A stretch of DNA of 64,000 bases from Candidatus Omnitrophota bacterium (GTDB lineage Bacteria; Omnitrophota; Gorgyraeia; Tantalellales; Tantalellaceae): assembly GCA_028715965.1 (NCBI GenBank), contig JAQUQS010000007.1:17644-81643 (forward strand), written 5' to 3'. The translations under genes were made by a program, and so were the position numbers. Of this stretch, positions 1 to 9,678 are shown one piece after another; the stretch's first letter is position 1; every line of letters begins with the position of its first letter. The notes below the pieces were generated by a model, which was given only the letters and a program-made list of their open reading frames with translations, searched no databases and was not told where the DNA came from.

Positions 1-2937
1 TATGGGTATGGCCCCTATGATAGTGGATGCCCCTGTCATAAGTATAGGACGGAACCTGTCACGGCAGGCTTCGTATATAGCGTCAAAACTGTTCAGTCCT
101 TCTTCCATCCTCTGTTTAGCGAAATCCACCATAAGTATACCGTTCTTTGACACTATACCGAGCAACATGAACATCCCGATATAAGCATACAGCGAAAGTT
201 CGGCTCGACAGACAAGCAGAGTGGCAAGGCCACCGAAAGTAGCTACCGGCAGCGTGGTAATGACCGTAAAAGGATGTATATAGCTTTCGTACAGGATGCC
301 CAGCACCACATACATCAAGAACACCGAGAGCAACAGCAGTACGCCCAGGCTTTTTACTGAGTCCTCGAATTCCTGTGCCTCACCCTGGAAAGTCCCCGTA
401 ACGCCCTCGGGCAGGATCCCCGCCGCCGTTCTCTGCAAAGCATCAGTGGCCGTACCTACGGGCATGCTATCGGTCAGGTTGAACGAAATGGTCGCCGAAT
501 TGAGCTGGTCAGAATGCGGGACGTTCTGCGGCCCAATGGTCTCTTCCCATTCAGCCACGCTCTCCAGCGGAACCAGCTCACCGGTCACTCCGGAACGGAC
601 ATATATACGCGCAAGGTCCTCGGGCTTATCTTTGTACTCTTTATCCAGTTCAAGTATCACGTAGTATTGGTCCACATCGGTCTTGTATGTCGTCACTTTT
701 CCGCCGGCATATGCCAAAAGCAGCGCATTCTCTATATCGGCCGCTGTAAGCCCCAAAGTGGACGCCCTATCCCTCAGGATGTTCACCTTGAGCTGCGGCA
801 TGTTGAGCTTAACATTGTTCTGTATCCCCGTAAAGCCCGGCAACTTATACATCGCGTCCTGTAACTTGCTGGCCGCGGCATGTACATCATCCGCGTCCTC
901 TCCTTTAACAATATAAGAATACCTGCTTCCCGTTGCCGTGCTCTCTCCTCCCGTGCTTAGCTTTAACGATGGTATTGGCTGCAGGAACACCATGCCCGCC
1001 GGAAAACCCATAAGCTCATACATCAATCCCCTCGTTATTTTTTGTATGGTCGGTCTTTTGCCTTTTTTTAATATGGCTATTATCACTCCCGAGCTCTGGT
1101 CCGCGCCCGTACCGGTCCCGGTGACGGTAAGCACTTTTTCCACGAACTCATTATTCCTTAGCACGGCGTTTATCTGGTCCTGGAAACGCCTCATCTGCTC
1201 CGTGGAAGTCCCCTGCTGCATAAGGATACCACCCTGGATAGCGCCTGAGTCCCCTTCGGGCATGAATGTTTTCGGGAGCACACTGAAAAACCACATCGTC
1301 CCAACCATACAGAGTCCCCATCCGACAAGGGCGAGATGCCTGCGCAGTAAAAGCCACTTGAGCATGACCGTGTATCTGAGTATTACCGCCCCGATGTATT
1401 TGTCGATGAATTTCTGCATACTGGTCTTAGCGTCCTTCATCTCTTTGAGCATACGGGAGCACATCATTGGCGTGAGCGTGAGGGCTATTACCGTCGAGCA
1501 TGTTATCGCTATTATCACGGTGAGGGCGAATTCCTTGAAATTCCTCCCCACCACTCCCCCCATGAACACCAGCGGGATGAACACTATTATCAAGGCTATA
1601 CTGGTGGAGATGACCGCTCCCGTTATCTCCGACATGCTGTCTATGGACGCCCTCAGCGGCTTCTTCCCCATTTCTATATGTCTTGTCGTGTTCTCCAGTA
1701 TAACTATGGCATCGTCGACCAGGAACCCCACCGACAATGTAAGTGCCATAAGCGAAAGATTGTCCAGGCTAAAATCCCTGGCGAGCATAACAGCGAACGT
1801 AACACATATGGTGAATGGGAGCACCATGCCGGGGATTATGGTATCGTTAATACGACCAAGAAAAACGAAAATAACGAGAACGACGAGGATCAGCGCTATC
1901 ACGATAGTGGTCTTGACGTCGTCGATGGATTCGACTATATCCTCCGCCTTGTCGTAGAGCACGTCGACTTTCACCGAACCGGGTATCTCATCGCGAAGAC
2001 CTTCAAGCGTCTGCCTGACGCTGGCGGAAAGCGCTACCGTGTTGGCCCCGGTCGCCCTGGATATAGCCACAACGGCGACACCCGACTCCATCGGGTCACC
2101 CGCCTCCCCGGAATACATTACGTTCACGTTATCGTTCTGAAGCGAATCCAGGCTCTTTCCAATGTCCTTTATACGTACGGGAGCGCCGTCCACATACTTG
2201 ACGATCAGGTCGTCGTATTCTTCCGCTTTGAAAAGTTGCCCCTGCGGCTGGATGGAAAATGTGCGATCGGGACCGTTCAGGCTACCGCCGGGAATGGTCA
2301 CCGTACCAGCCTTCAGCACGTTCGCGACCTCGTTTATCCCCACCTTAAAAGCCGCCATCTTGTCCGGGTTCACCTGTACCCTGATAGCGGATTTAGCCCC
2401 GTATATCAGGACCTGCGATACCCCGTCAAGCATGCTCATGCGCTTTCCTATGGTCCTATTGCCAAAATCATAAAGGTCTCCCGCGGTGAGGGTATCGGAT
2501 GTGAGACTTATATATATGGTCGGCGCCTCCGAAGGATTGGTCTTCTCATATGAAGGGGGTTGAGGCAGGTCCCCTGGCAGGTTGGCTTGGGCCCTGGAGA
2601 TCGCTGCCTGCACATCGGGAGCGGCCAGGTCCACGTTACGGTTAAGATCGAAGGTCAATGTTATGGTCGTCTGGCTATCCACGTTATTAGATATGATCGA
2701 CTGCAGCCCCTGTATCTGCATACACTCGTTCTCCAGGGGGGAGGCTACGGTAGATGCCATCGTATCAGGGCTTGCCCCGGGATAAACAGCCGTGACCGTT
2801 ATAACAGGATAATCCACAACAGGCAGATCGCTCACGGGCAGTTTAAAATATGAGACTATTCCCAGGAACAGTACAGTGACCATGCAAAGTATGGTCATTA
2901 TAGGATTACGTATGAACCGTTCTGAAAATACAGCCAT
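1..2937 (-). CDS. RND multidrug efflux transporter permease (AcrB/HAE1 family), 3' end runs off the window start
   Basis: The reverse-strand frame reads MAVFSERFIRNPIMT... and stays open to position 1. I translated it by hand; it has typical RND motifs and TM segments. It is missing from the ORF track because no stop lies in the window. It sits downstream of the adaptor and tolC genes. Confidence 0.85.
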   Translation of the reverse strand, partial: MAVFSERFIRNPIMTILCMVTVLFLGIVSYFKLPVSDLPVVDYPVITVTAVYPGASPDTMASTVASPLENECMQIQGLQSIISNNVDSQTTITLTFDLNRNVDLAAPDVQAAISRAQANLPGDLPQPPSYEKTNPSEAPTIYISLTSDTLTAGDLYDFGNRTIGKRMSMLDGVSQVLIYGAKSAIRVQVNPDKMAAFKVGINEVANVLKAGTVTIPGGSLNGPDRTFSIQPQGQLFKAEEYDDLIVKYVDGAPVRIKDIGKSLDSLQNDNVNVMYSGEAGDPMESGVAVVAISRATGANTVALSASVRQTLEGLRDEIPGSVKVDVLYDKAEDIVESIDDVKTTIVIALILVVLVIFVFLGRINDTIIPGMVLPFTICVTFAVMLARDFSLDNLSLMALTLSVGFLVDDAIVILENTTRHIEMGKKPLRASIDSMSEITGAVISTSIALIIVFIPLVFMGGVVGRNFKEFALTVIIAITCSTVIALTLTPMMCSRMLKEMKDAKTSMQKFIDKYIGAVILRYTVMLKWLLLRRHLALVGWGLCMVGTMWFFSVLPKTFMPEGDSGAIQGGILMQQGTSTEQMRRFQDQINAVLRNNEFVEKVLTVTGTGTGADQSSGVIIAILKKGKRPTIQKITRGLMYELMGFPAGMVFLQPIPSLKLSTGGESTATGSRYSYIVKGEDADDVHAAASKLQDAMYKLPGFTGIQNNVKLNMPQLKVNILRDRASTLGLTAADIENALLLAYAGGKVTTYKTDVDQYYVILELDKEYKDKPEDLARIYVRSGVTGELVPLESVAEWEETIGPQNVPHSDQLNSATISFNLTDSMPVGTATDALQRTAAGILPEGVTGTFQGEAQEFEDSVKSLGVLLLLSVFLMYVVLGILYESYIHPFTVITTLPVATFGGLATLLVCRAELSLYAYIGMFMLLGIVSKNGILMVDFAKQRMEEGLNSFDAIYEACRDRFRPILMTGASTIIGAIPI

Positions 2938-2968
2938 TCGAGTTTTTACCTCAGGAGCCCGTTATATA

Positions 2969-4165
2969 TTATTTTTTCTTCCCTGCGGAGCCCTGCGTTC
3001 TTGGCGCCACATCCACGACCGGCATACCCGGAGAAAGACTCATCTGCCCCACCGTAACTACGGTCTCACCGCCATTAACGCCTTTTTCAACGACCACATT
3101 ATCTCCCTGCTTAGCCCCCAGGGTAACCTGCCGCAGATCGGCTTTATTCCCTTGTTGCACCACGAATATATAGTATCCTTTCTTCCCTATCTGTGGCGCG
3201 GCATAAGGAACTAGGACAGACCCTTTTCGCGTCCCCAGAACAAGCCTGACATTCACGAACTGCCCGGGCCAGAGTTCCTTTCCTTCATTCTTGACCGAAG
3301 CACGCAGGGCAAAACTGCCGGTCTTGTCGTCCACTTCGTTGTCTATAAGATCAAGTGTTCCCGTAAAGGTCTTCCCCTTTATCCCTGGAGCGCTGATCTG
3401 TGCCTCCAGGGTATGGTCGGCCATTGCCGTTCTTACCATATCGAGGTATTTCTCGGAAAGAGTGAAATCCACATAAAGATCGCTCATCATCTTCACGTTG
3501 ACCAGTACCGGACCGGCGTTAGCGGATACGATATTTCCCGGATCTACCATTCTTTTCCCCGCTATCCCGTCCACGGGGGACTTTATCCAACAATATTCAA
3601 GGTCTATCTTGGCGCTTTGCACCCCGGCTTTATCGAGCTCCAGTTTCGCCACGGCTGCCGCGGCTTCTGTCTGATATTGCTCGAACTCTTGCCTTGAAAT
3701 AAGGTCTTTTTCGAAAAGTATCTTATTCCTTTCCCTGGTATCTACCTTGAGTTGCACATTCACGGCATCTTCCGCCATTGCGGCCTCGGCCTTGTTAAGG
3801 GCGGCTTTGTATGGAGCCGCGTCTATAACAAAAAGGAGGTCGCCTTTCTTGACCGGACTACCTTGCTCAAAAAAAACCTCCATTATCTTACCTGTCACCT
3901 GGGATTTGATGTCTATGTTCCCGGGAGAGGAAAGCGTGCCAAATGAATCCACATATATCGGCGTATCTTCCACGAACGCTTTTGCCGTCCGCACTGGACG
4001 CGGGGCGACATGCGCCTTGTGGTGCCGGGCAATACACCCTTTCACCTGGGCCGTGAGGAACATGGCTATAAGCAGCACCGCTAAAAGCCTCAATATTCCT
4101 TTATTCTCTGGAATTGACCGTACTATTTGTTCCCATACGGACCGGATCTTTTCCTTATTTATCAT
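2969..4165 (-). CDS. RND efflux periplasmic adaptor subunit (membrane fusion protein, HlyD/AcrA family)
   Basis: 398 aa with an N-terminal TM helix, coiled-coil hairpin and beta-barrel pattern. It lies between the tolC-like and acrB-like genes. Confidence 0.85.
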   Translation of the reverse strand: MINKEKIRSVWEQIVRSIPENKGILRLLAVLLIAMFLTAQVKGCIARHHKAHVAPRPVRTAKAFVEDTPIYVDSFGTLSSPGNIDIKSQVTGKIMEVFFEQGSPVKKGDLLFVIDAAPYKAALNKAEAAMAEDAVNVQLKVDTRERNKILFEKDLISRQEFEQYQTEAAAAVAKLELDKAGVQSAKIDLEYCWIKSPVDGIAGKRMVDPGNIVSANAGPVLVNVKMMSDLYVDFTLSEKYLDMVRTAMADHTLEAQISAPGIKGKTFTGTLDLIDNEVDDKTGSFALRASVKNEGKELWPGQFVNVRLVLGTRKGSVLVPYAAPQIGKKGYYIFVVQQGNKADLRQVTLGAKQGDNVVVEKGVNGGETVVTVGQMSLSPGMPVVDVAPRTQGSAGKKK

Positions 4166-5630
4166 CGCGGCCTTCCTTATCGTTACCCGTCACTGTTAAA
4201 GCCCCTATGGCGTGGGCAAGTTCCGCCCGTGAGACAAAAAGACTTTCTCTGGAAGATATCATCCTGCTTCGAGCCTCTGAAAGCTGGCTCTGCGCCTGCA
4301 GCACATCAAGCATACTTTTAAGACCCGACGTGTAGGAATCGTAGGCTAATTCATATGATGTCTTTGAGGTCTCCAGGAAAGCTTTGCTGAAAGAATATTT
4401 TTTCTCTGCCGTCTTCAGGTCGAAATACTTCGTCCAGACCTCCGCGCTGGCGGCAAGTTCGACCTGTCTGAGCTTTTCGCGCTCAAGACCCAGCAAGGCC
4501 TTGGCCTCATTACGCTTGGAATACAGGTAGAACCCGTCAAAAACGTCCCATTCCACCGTCAAGAACGCGTTATAACTGTGGTCCCACTTGGAGTTGAACA
4601 CGCTCGGGTTCTTTTCCGACCCAAAGAACTTGTGCTCTCCGGCCCCTATACTTCCACCCGTACTTAGCGTTGGCCACAGATCGGAATTCGCCGCGGCAAG
4701 GTCCTCTTTTTTCGATTCCAGGCTGGCTTTTGCGGCGATCACCGACGGTCTTTCCTTGAGGGCCCTATCAATAAGGACGGTAACATCCTCCTCGGTCACG
4801 TCAACAAGTATATCACCAGAGGGTTCGTCTATCTCGAACTCGGTATCCGGTGGGACCCCGAGAGCCTGTGTCAATGTAGCCCGAGCGGTCTTTGACAACC
4901 CCCTGGCCTCCTCGAGGGAATAAAGCGAATCCTCGTAAGTTGACTCGGCCTGAAGAACATCCAACCTGGAAACAAGACCCGCTTTTGCCCTCTGGCGCGC
5001 GGCATCAAGAGAAGCCGTGCTATCGGCCAGGTTCGCTTCAGCGGCGACCACAGATGCTTCCGCGCTGTAAAGTCCGTAGTAAGCTTTCGTGGTATCGAGA
5101 AATACATCCTGTATTGCCTGGTTAAAACTGAAATTGGCCTCAAGTAACGCCTGTTTAGCCGATGACACCCTGGCGGCTCTCCCACCCAGGTCCAGCAGGA
5201 GAAGCTGGGCCTGGCCTAAAGCCGTATAGTCCGCCTGGTTAGCGTCCCCGACAGAATTATTTGTCACTTTTTTATTGAACGCCGTTTGGGCGGATACGGA
5301 GACCTGTGGATACCATCTGCTTTCGGCCTGTTTTATCCTCGCGTGGGCGGCTCGCGCACTCTCCCAAGCCTGCCTGGTTGACGGATTGTTCGTGAACGCT
5401 ATGTCCAGAAGAGCTGCAATGTCCAGCCTGTCCCCGCCAGTGAAAACATCCCCTTTGGCCCTTAAAGATCTCCAGACCTCATCTTTTGCCAGTTTTTTCT
5501 CCGCCCACTTGGACGGGGTCCAACTTTGGGACGGGTCTGTTGGCTGGGAAACAGTACTGCAACCGGAACACACTATTACCAGCAGCATAAGACAGTGAAA
5601 AAAGGAGTTCCTTTTATTCATATCTTTCAT
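4155..5630 (-). CDS. TolC-like outer membrane efflux protein (lipoprotein signal)
   Basis: 491 aa. The N-terminus MKDMNKRNSFFHCLMLLVIVCSGCS resembles a lipobox. It has two repeated alpha/beta halves typical of outer membrane factors. It overlaps the adaptor gene by 11 bp. Confidence 0.8.
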   Translation of the reverse strand: MKDMNKRNSFFHCLMLLVIVCSGCSTVSQPTDPSQSWTPSKWAEKKLAKDEVWRSLRAKGDVFTGGDRLDIAALLDIAFTNNPSTRQAWESARAAHARIKQAESRWYPQVSVSAQTAFNKKVTNNSVGDANQADYTALGQAQLLLLDLGGRAARVSSAKQALLEANFSFNQAIQDVFLDTTKAYYGLYSAEASVVAAEANLADSTASLDAARQRAKAGLVSRLDVLQAESTYEDSLYSLEEARGLSKTARATLTQALGVPPDTEFEIDEPSGDILVDVTEEDVTVLIDRALKERPSVIAAKASLESKKEDLAAANSDLWPTLSTGGSIGAGEHKFFGSEKNPSVFNSKWDHSYNAFLTVEWDVFDGFYLYSKRNEAKALLGLEREKLRQVELAASAEVWTKYFDLKTAEKKYSFSKAFLETSKTSYELAYDSYTSGLKSMLDVLQAQSQLSEARSRMISSRESLFVSRAELAHAIGALTVTGNDKEGRDDK

Positions 5631-5835
5631 ATTGGCAATATTATAGCGTGTTAACGTCTCTCCTACAACATATTTAAAGACATCCCGACAGGTAATATCC
5701 TATTACATCTATATGTTTGTCAAAAACCCCTTATTTTGCTAGAATATCTACCGCTATAACAATGTCCGGGGTCATCCTCGGTCGGATGAGTCCTGGTATT
5801 TATATAAGAGTTATAATAAATAGCAAAGTTAGTGT

Positions 5836-5923
5836 GGAGGAGTGGCTGAGTGGTCTAAAGCGGCGGTCTTGAAAACCGTTGTGGGGCAACCCACCGTGGG
5901 TTCGAATCCTACCTCCTCCGCCA
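5836..5923 (+). tRNA. tRNA-Ser (anticodon TGA), long variable arm, CCA encoded
   Basis: GGAGGAGTGGCTGAGTGG...GGTTCGAATCCTACCTCCTCCGCCA. The anticodon loop is CTTGAAA. The variable arm is GTTGTGGGGCAACCCACCGTG. Confidence 0.9.
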
Positions 5924-5934
5924 AATAAACTCAA

Positions 5935-5974
5935 AGCGGGATGATACCATGAATGGGTCATCCCGCTTTTTAGT
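5935..5974 (+). terminator. Rho-independent terminator downstream of tRNA-Ser
   Basis: agcgggatga...tcatcccgct hairpin followed by a T-run. Confidence 0.7.
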
Positions 5975-6036
5975 TTATCTGTTACGCCTTTGGCGTATGA
6001 TATTCGCTCACTCTGCGCGCCCAAAAACACGTTCTT

Positions 6037-6081
6037 GGCGCGCCTCGTTCTCTCGTATCTTGCGGAGAGGCAGGGATCCTG
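6037..6081. repeat. 45-bp perfect direct repeat, copy A (copy B at 6323..6367)
   Basis: ggcgcgcctcgttctctcgtatcttgcggagaggcagggatcctg is present twice, 286 bp apart. Confidence 0.9.
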
Positions 6082-6110
6082 CGCTCCTCGCATACGCTCA
6101 GAGCTGGTTG

Positions 6111-6127
6111 TCCTACCTCCTCCGCCA
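6111..6127 (+). repeat. 17-bp duplicate of the tRNA-Ser 3' end (att-like scar), followed by its own terminator hairpin
   Basis: tcctacctcctccgcca equals tRNA positions 5907..5923. More degenerate copies (cctacctcc / cctatctcc) lie at ~6303, ~6397 and ~6433. Confidence 0.7.
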
Positions 6128-6140
6128 GTTTAACAAAAAA

Positions 6141-6167
6141 GCCCTACTGAAAAGTAGGGTTTTTTTG
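6141..6167 (+). terminator. Rho-independent terminator-like hairpin
   Basis: gccctac tgaaaag tagggt followed by T7. Confidence 0.6.
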
Positions 6168-6322
6168 TTAACCGGCACGGAAGAGGATGAGGCGGCACCT
6201 ATATTCCCATTCACCTGCCGAATCTGACTGAATGCCGGAGGCATGAAGAAATGCCGTAATGGGCGTTAAGATATCCGACGAATAGGAGGATTCTAGCCCG
6301 TTACGGCCTACCTCCCATTTCC

Positions 6323-6367
6323 GGCGCGCCTCGTTCTCTCGTATCTTGCGGAGAGGCAGGGATCCTG
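6323..6367. repeat. 45-bp perfect direct repeat, copy B
   Basis: Identical to 6037..6081. Confidence 0.9.
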
Positions 6368-6456
6368 TAAGCTTAACAAAGAAGCAAAGCACGGTTTCCT
6401 ACCTCTTTAATAGAAGGATCTTAGCCGTGTACGGCCTATCTCCCGCATTCTTATCC

Positions 6457-6825
6457 CTATTTTCCAAATACTTTTTCCAAGGCTTCCAGTAATACTTTTC
6501 CCGCGTATGGCTTAGTAATGTACTCCGCCACCCCGTCGTACTTGGCTATCATTTTGTCGACATCGTCGTCAATACCTGTAAGAAATATCTTCGGGATATT
6601 GCCATAGACACCTCGCCTTCTGAACTCCTCGACGATGTCAAAGCCGGACCGGCCAGGCATATAGATATCTATTATCAGAACGTCGGGACCGAACTCTTCT
6701 ATGTTCTTTTCTATTTCCATAGGCTTGCTTATAGCGCGCACATCATACCCGTTACCTTCAAGGACACGTTTTTCAATGGTAAGGAAATCAACGTTGTCAT
6801 CAAGGATCAGTATGCGTTTGCTCAT
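6457..6825 (-). CDS. Response regulator, receiver domain only (CheY-like)
   Basis: MSKRILILDDN...DIYMPGRSGFD...KPY is a receiver-domain pattern. The start was moved to the internal ATG because it has a GGGGG Shine-Dalgarno. Confidence 0.75.
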   Translation of the reverse strand: MSKRILILDDNVDFLTIEKRVLEGNGYDVRAISKPMEIEKNIEEFGPDVLIIDIYMPGRSGFDIVEEFRRRGVYGNIPKIFLTGIDDDVDKMIAKYDGVAEYITKPYAGKVLLEALEKVFGK

Positions 6826-7280
6826 GACAACACCCCCTTCCCCACATACAGCATGGGGCATTTTCTTTTCAGCGAAAGAACAGCCCTGTCATACAGAACT
6901 GCCTGAAATGCGGTGTCCAAAAAGTGTCGTGTCCGAGGATGCTACAGGCGCGTTCGAGCGGCAGGCGCGTCTAGAACGAACATTAGTAATATTCATGCTC
7001 TCCGCGAATAGCTTCTTCACCGCTTATTAATGACTGGCCTGAGAAGATTGGAGTTATGTCCCTGCGGCCCATTATATCCTTGCGGCAAATATACCACGCA
7101 TAGGGGGTTACGCGCGGACGCGCGTTGTATGGATGGATATGCCTCGAAGATAAACGGCCTTGCCATTATCACAAAAAAATTGATCTTTGATGGCCGTCGG
7201 ATGTGCCGTGTGCGAGTTTGCCGATAGGCATGTCTGAGCAGCAGGCACATCTGCGGACAGATATCAGCTACAAACAGATA

Positions 7281-7571
7281 TCAACGCTTGTTTATTATCG
7301 GCCTGAGAAGATTGATGATAACCCCTACTAGTATGAACGGAAAAAGGAATGGAAGAAGCCACACGAAAAGGGCTACCGCCAGGATCGCGATCGATATGAG
7401 CGCGATCCAGATGACAACGCCCTGATCCAATCTCAGGGCACGAAACATATTCTTTCCCGACCGCGGCTTCCCGCGGCCGGAGGTTTTCCTGTTGCCGGAA
7501 CCATCTATAAGTTCAACTTCTACTTCCCGTCCATCGACGGTGGCTTTTAGTTTTTTCTCTTTATTCTCCAT
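7281..7571 (-). CDS. Small hypothetical membrane protein (96 aa)
   Basis: One C-terminal TM helix. The last 15 codons are duplicated non-codingly at 7036..7050. Confidence 0.4.
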   Translation of the reverse strand: MENKEKKLKATVDGREVEVELIDGSGNRKTSGRGKPRSGKNMFRALRLDQGVVIWIALISIAILAVALFVWLLPFLFPFILVGVIINLLRPIINKR

Positions 7572-7589
7572 AATATATACCCTGCCCGC

Positions 7590-8297
7590 CTAAAAACCGG
7601 CGCCCTGGTACCAGGTTTTTATGTTATCCATGATCTCAAGTATTTTTCCGTATATCAATGTGTAAACATCACCGGTATTAGCCGCGGCGTCCGAAAGGAA
7701 CCCTCGGAGCGATACGCTCTCAAAAAAAGGCGTGAAAATAGCCTCGATCACGACTATATTGGCCACGAATATCACTACAAGCGAGAAGATGAAGCCCGAT
7801 TTCATGAGGTCGGGCTGCTGCAACCGGAGCGCCTCATTGGTAAGCACGAAATGGAACGCCATCGTGAACCCGACAAGGAACAGGAATACCGCGGATACAC
7901 CCGGCCCACTTTTCCCCGCCATATGCATGCCCAGTGATAAAGGGCACAGCATGACCGTATAGATCGGCACGAAATATGGGCTTAACTCTATGAAAAAATT
8001 GGTCTTGGACGTAACTACCCCGCCGCCGGACGGCGTTACGTTGAACGATATGACTCGCCCGCCGCACAACCATGTCGCCAGGGCATGCACCGCTTCATGC
8101 CCCAACACGTAAACATAAACGGGCCGGAAGATAAAGATATGTATCAGTAGATACGCAAGCACTCCGCGTTCAAGTATACGGAACGTTCCGCTTAATACGC
8201 TTATACTGCTTATCGAGGTATAAAAAGCCTCGCCAACGGCGTAGGCCATTGGCAACAGCACTATGCCCGCTAAGGTCCTGAGCACTTTGCTTAACAT
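7590..8297 (-). CDS. Polytopic membrane protein with HExxH motif (putative zinc metalloprotease, M50/site-2-protease-like)
   Basis: YVLGHEAVHAL motif within a TM region. About 6 predicted TM helices. Confidence 0.5.
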   Translation of the reverse strand: MLSKVLRTLAGIVLLPMAYAVGEAFYTSISSISVLSGTFRILERGVLAYLLIHIFIFRPVYVYVLGHEAVHALATWLCGGRVISFNVTPSGGGVVTSKTNFFIELSPYFVPIYTVMLCPLSLGMHMAGKSGPGVSAVFLFLVGFTMAFHFVLTNEALRLQQPDLMKSGFIFSLVVIFVANIVVIEAIFTPFFESVSLRGFLSDAAANTGDVYTLIYGKILEIMDNIKTWYQGAGF

Positions 8298-8301
8298 ATT
8301 A

Positions 8302-9588
8302 TCAAGCCATCCCCGGTTCTATCTTGTCTTTCCCAAAATATGGACGTAACGCCTCGGGCACAAGTACCGAGCCGTCTTCCTGCTGGTATATCTCAAGTAT
8401 CGCTACAACAAGCCGTGGAAGGGCCACACCTGAAGCGTTCAGCGTATGCACAAACCGGGGTTTCCCGGTCCTGTCATCAGGCTGGTACTTTATGTTGGCG
8501 CGGCGGGCCTGGAAGTCCGAGAATACCGAACAACTGGACACCTCGAGCCATCTGTCCGATCCCGGAGCCCAGAGTTCTATATCATAACATTTATGGGCCG
8601 CGAAGCTCATATCCCCCGTACACAGGACCAACACCCTGTAAGGCAAGTCGAGCCTGAGGAGAATATCTTCCGCGTCGGCAAGAAGCTTCTCGTGCTCTTC
8701 CATCGATGTCTCCGGCGTGGTGAACTTTACCATCTCTACCTTGTCGAACTGGTGCACGCGGATAAGCCCCTTCGTGTCCTTCCCATAGGAGCCGGCCTCC
8801 CTCCGGAAACACGGGGTATACGCCGTATAGCACAGGGGCAGGCTGGTCTCCTCCAAAACTTCCCCGGCATGAAGATTGGTCACGGGTACTTCCGCCGTAG
8901 GGATAAGGTACATGTCCTCTTCCGAGAGTTTATACATGTCCTCGGCAAGCTTAGGCAGCTGTCCCGTTCCGTACATGGAAGCCTTGTTAACGATAAAAGG
9001 CGGGGAAAATTCCGTATATCCGTGCTCTTTAGTATGGATATCCAGCATGAAGTTTATAAGCGCTCTTTCAAGCCGCGCGCCCGGTCCACGGAAAACGGGG
9101 AAACCCGCGCCTGAGATCTTGGCTCCGCGTTCAAGGTCAAAAAGACCGTTCATCTTCCCGATCTCGACATGATCCCGTGGCTTGAACCGGAAAAGAGGCT
9201 TATCTCCCACCTCTTTCACCAGTTTATTATCCTCGGAACTCTTACCTATGGGAACACTTTCATGCGGCACATTGGGTATCATGGCCAGCACCGCGGAAAA
9301 TCCTTCCTCAACCTCTTTAAGCTTTTCGTCAAGCCCGGTTATCTTTTCCGTAAGCGTTTTTACCTCGGCTCTGGCCTCTTCCGCGTCCTGCCCGGCCTTT
9401 ATGAGTTCCCCTATCTTCTTGGAAGAAGCGTTCTTGCGGCATTTAAGATCCTCCACCTCTTTTATATAGGTTTTACGCTCTTCGTCCAGGACGAAAAAGC
9501 GGTCCAACCTGTCGACAGGATCGTTCCTGTCCTCCAGGGCTTTACGGATAACATCCCTGTTCTCTCTTATGAATTTCGGGTCCAGCAT
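8302..9588 (-). CDS. serS: Seryl-tRNA synthetase
   Basis: The N-terminal coiled coil MLDPKFIRENRD... and class II aaRS motifs are conserved. The start was set at the internal Met, giving 428 aa. Confidence 0.9.
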   Translation of the reverse strand: MLDPKFIRENRDVIRKALEDRNDPVDRLDRFFVLDEERKTYIKEVEDLKCRKNASSKKIGELIKAGQDAEEARAEVKTLTEKITGLDEKLKEVEEGFSAVLAMIPNVPHESVPIGKSSEDNKLVKEVGDKPLFRFKPRDHVEIGKMNGLFDLERGAKISGAGFPVFRGPGARLERALINFMLDIHTKEHGYTEFSPPFIVNKASMYGTGQLPKLAEDMYKLSEEDMYLIPTAEVPVTNLHAGEVLEETSLPLCYTAYTPCFRREAGSYGKDTKGLIRVHQFDKVEMVKFTTPETSMEEHEKLLADAEDILLRLDLPYRVLVLCTGDMSFAAHKCYDIELWAPGSDRWLEVSSCSVFSDFQARRANIKYQPDDRTGKPRFVHTLNASGVALPRLVVAILEIYQQEDGSVLVPEALRPYFGKDKIEPGMA

Positions 9589-9678
9589 GTTCTTTCCTTT
9601 CGATGTATCGTGTACTACACAGGCACGTCGTGATATCACCTATGTAATTATATATACTGACGCATGGAGTGGCAAGCC

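Noticed and set aside
296-2853. Series of plus-strand ORFs (122 to 339 aa) tiling the first 2.9 kb
   Set aside because: They are antisense to a continuous minus-strand RND pump reading frame (MAVFSERFIRNPIMT...) that is absent from the ORF track only because it lacks an in-window stop. The translations are low-complexity with no motifs.
5800-6093. 97-aa minus-strand ORF
   Set aside because: It overlaps tRNA-Ser and its terminator and is spurious.
7017-7250. ORFs 7017..7250 (-) and 7030..7227 (+) in the intergenic region
   Set aside because: No RBS and Arg/Cys-rich low-complexity translation. The region is better explained as a non-coding duplicated segment.
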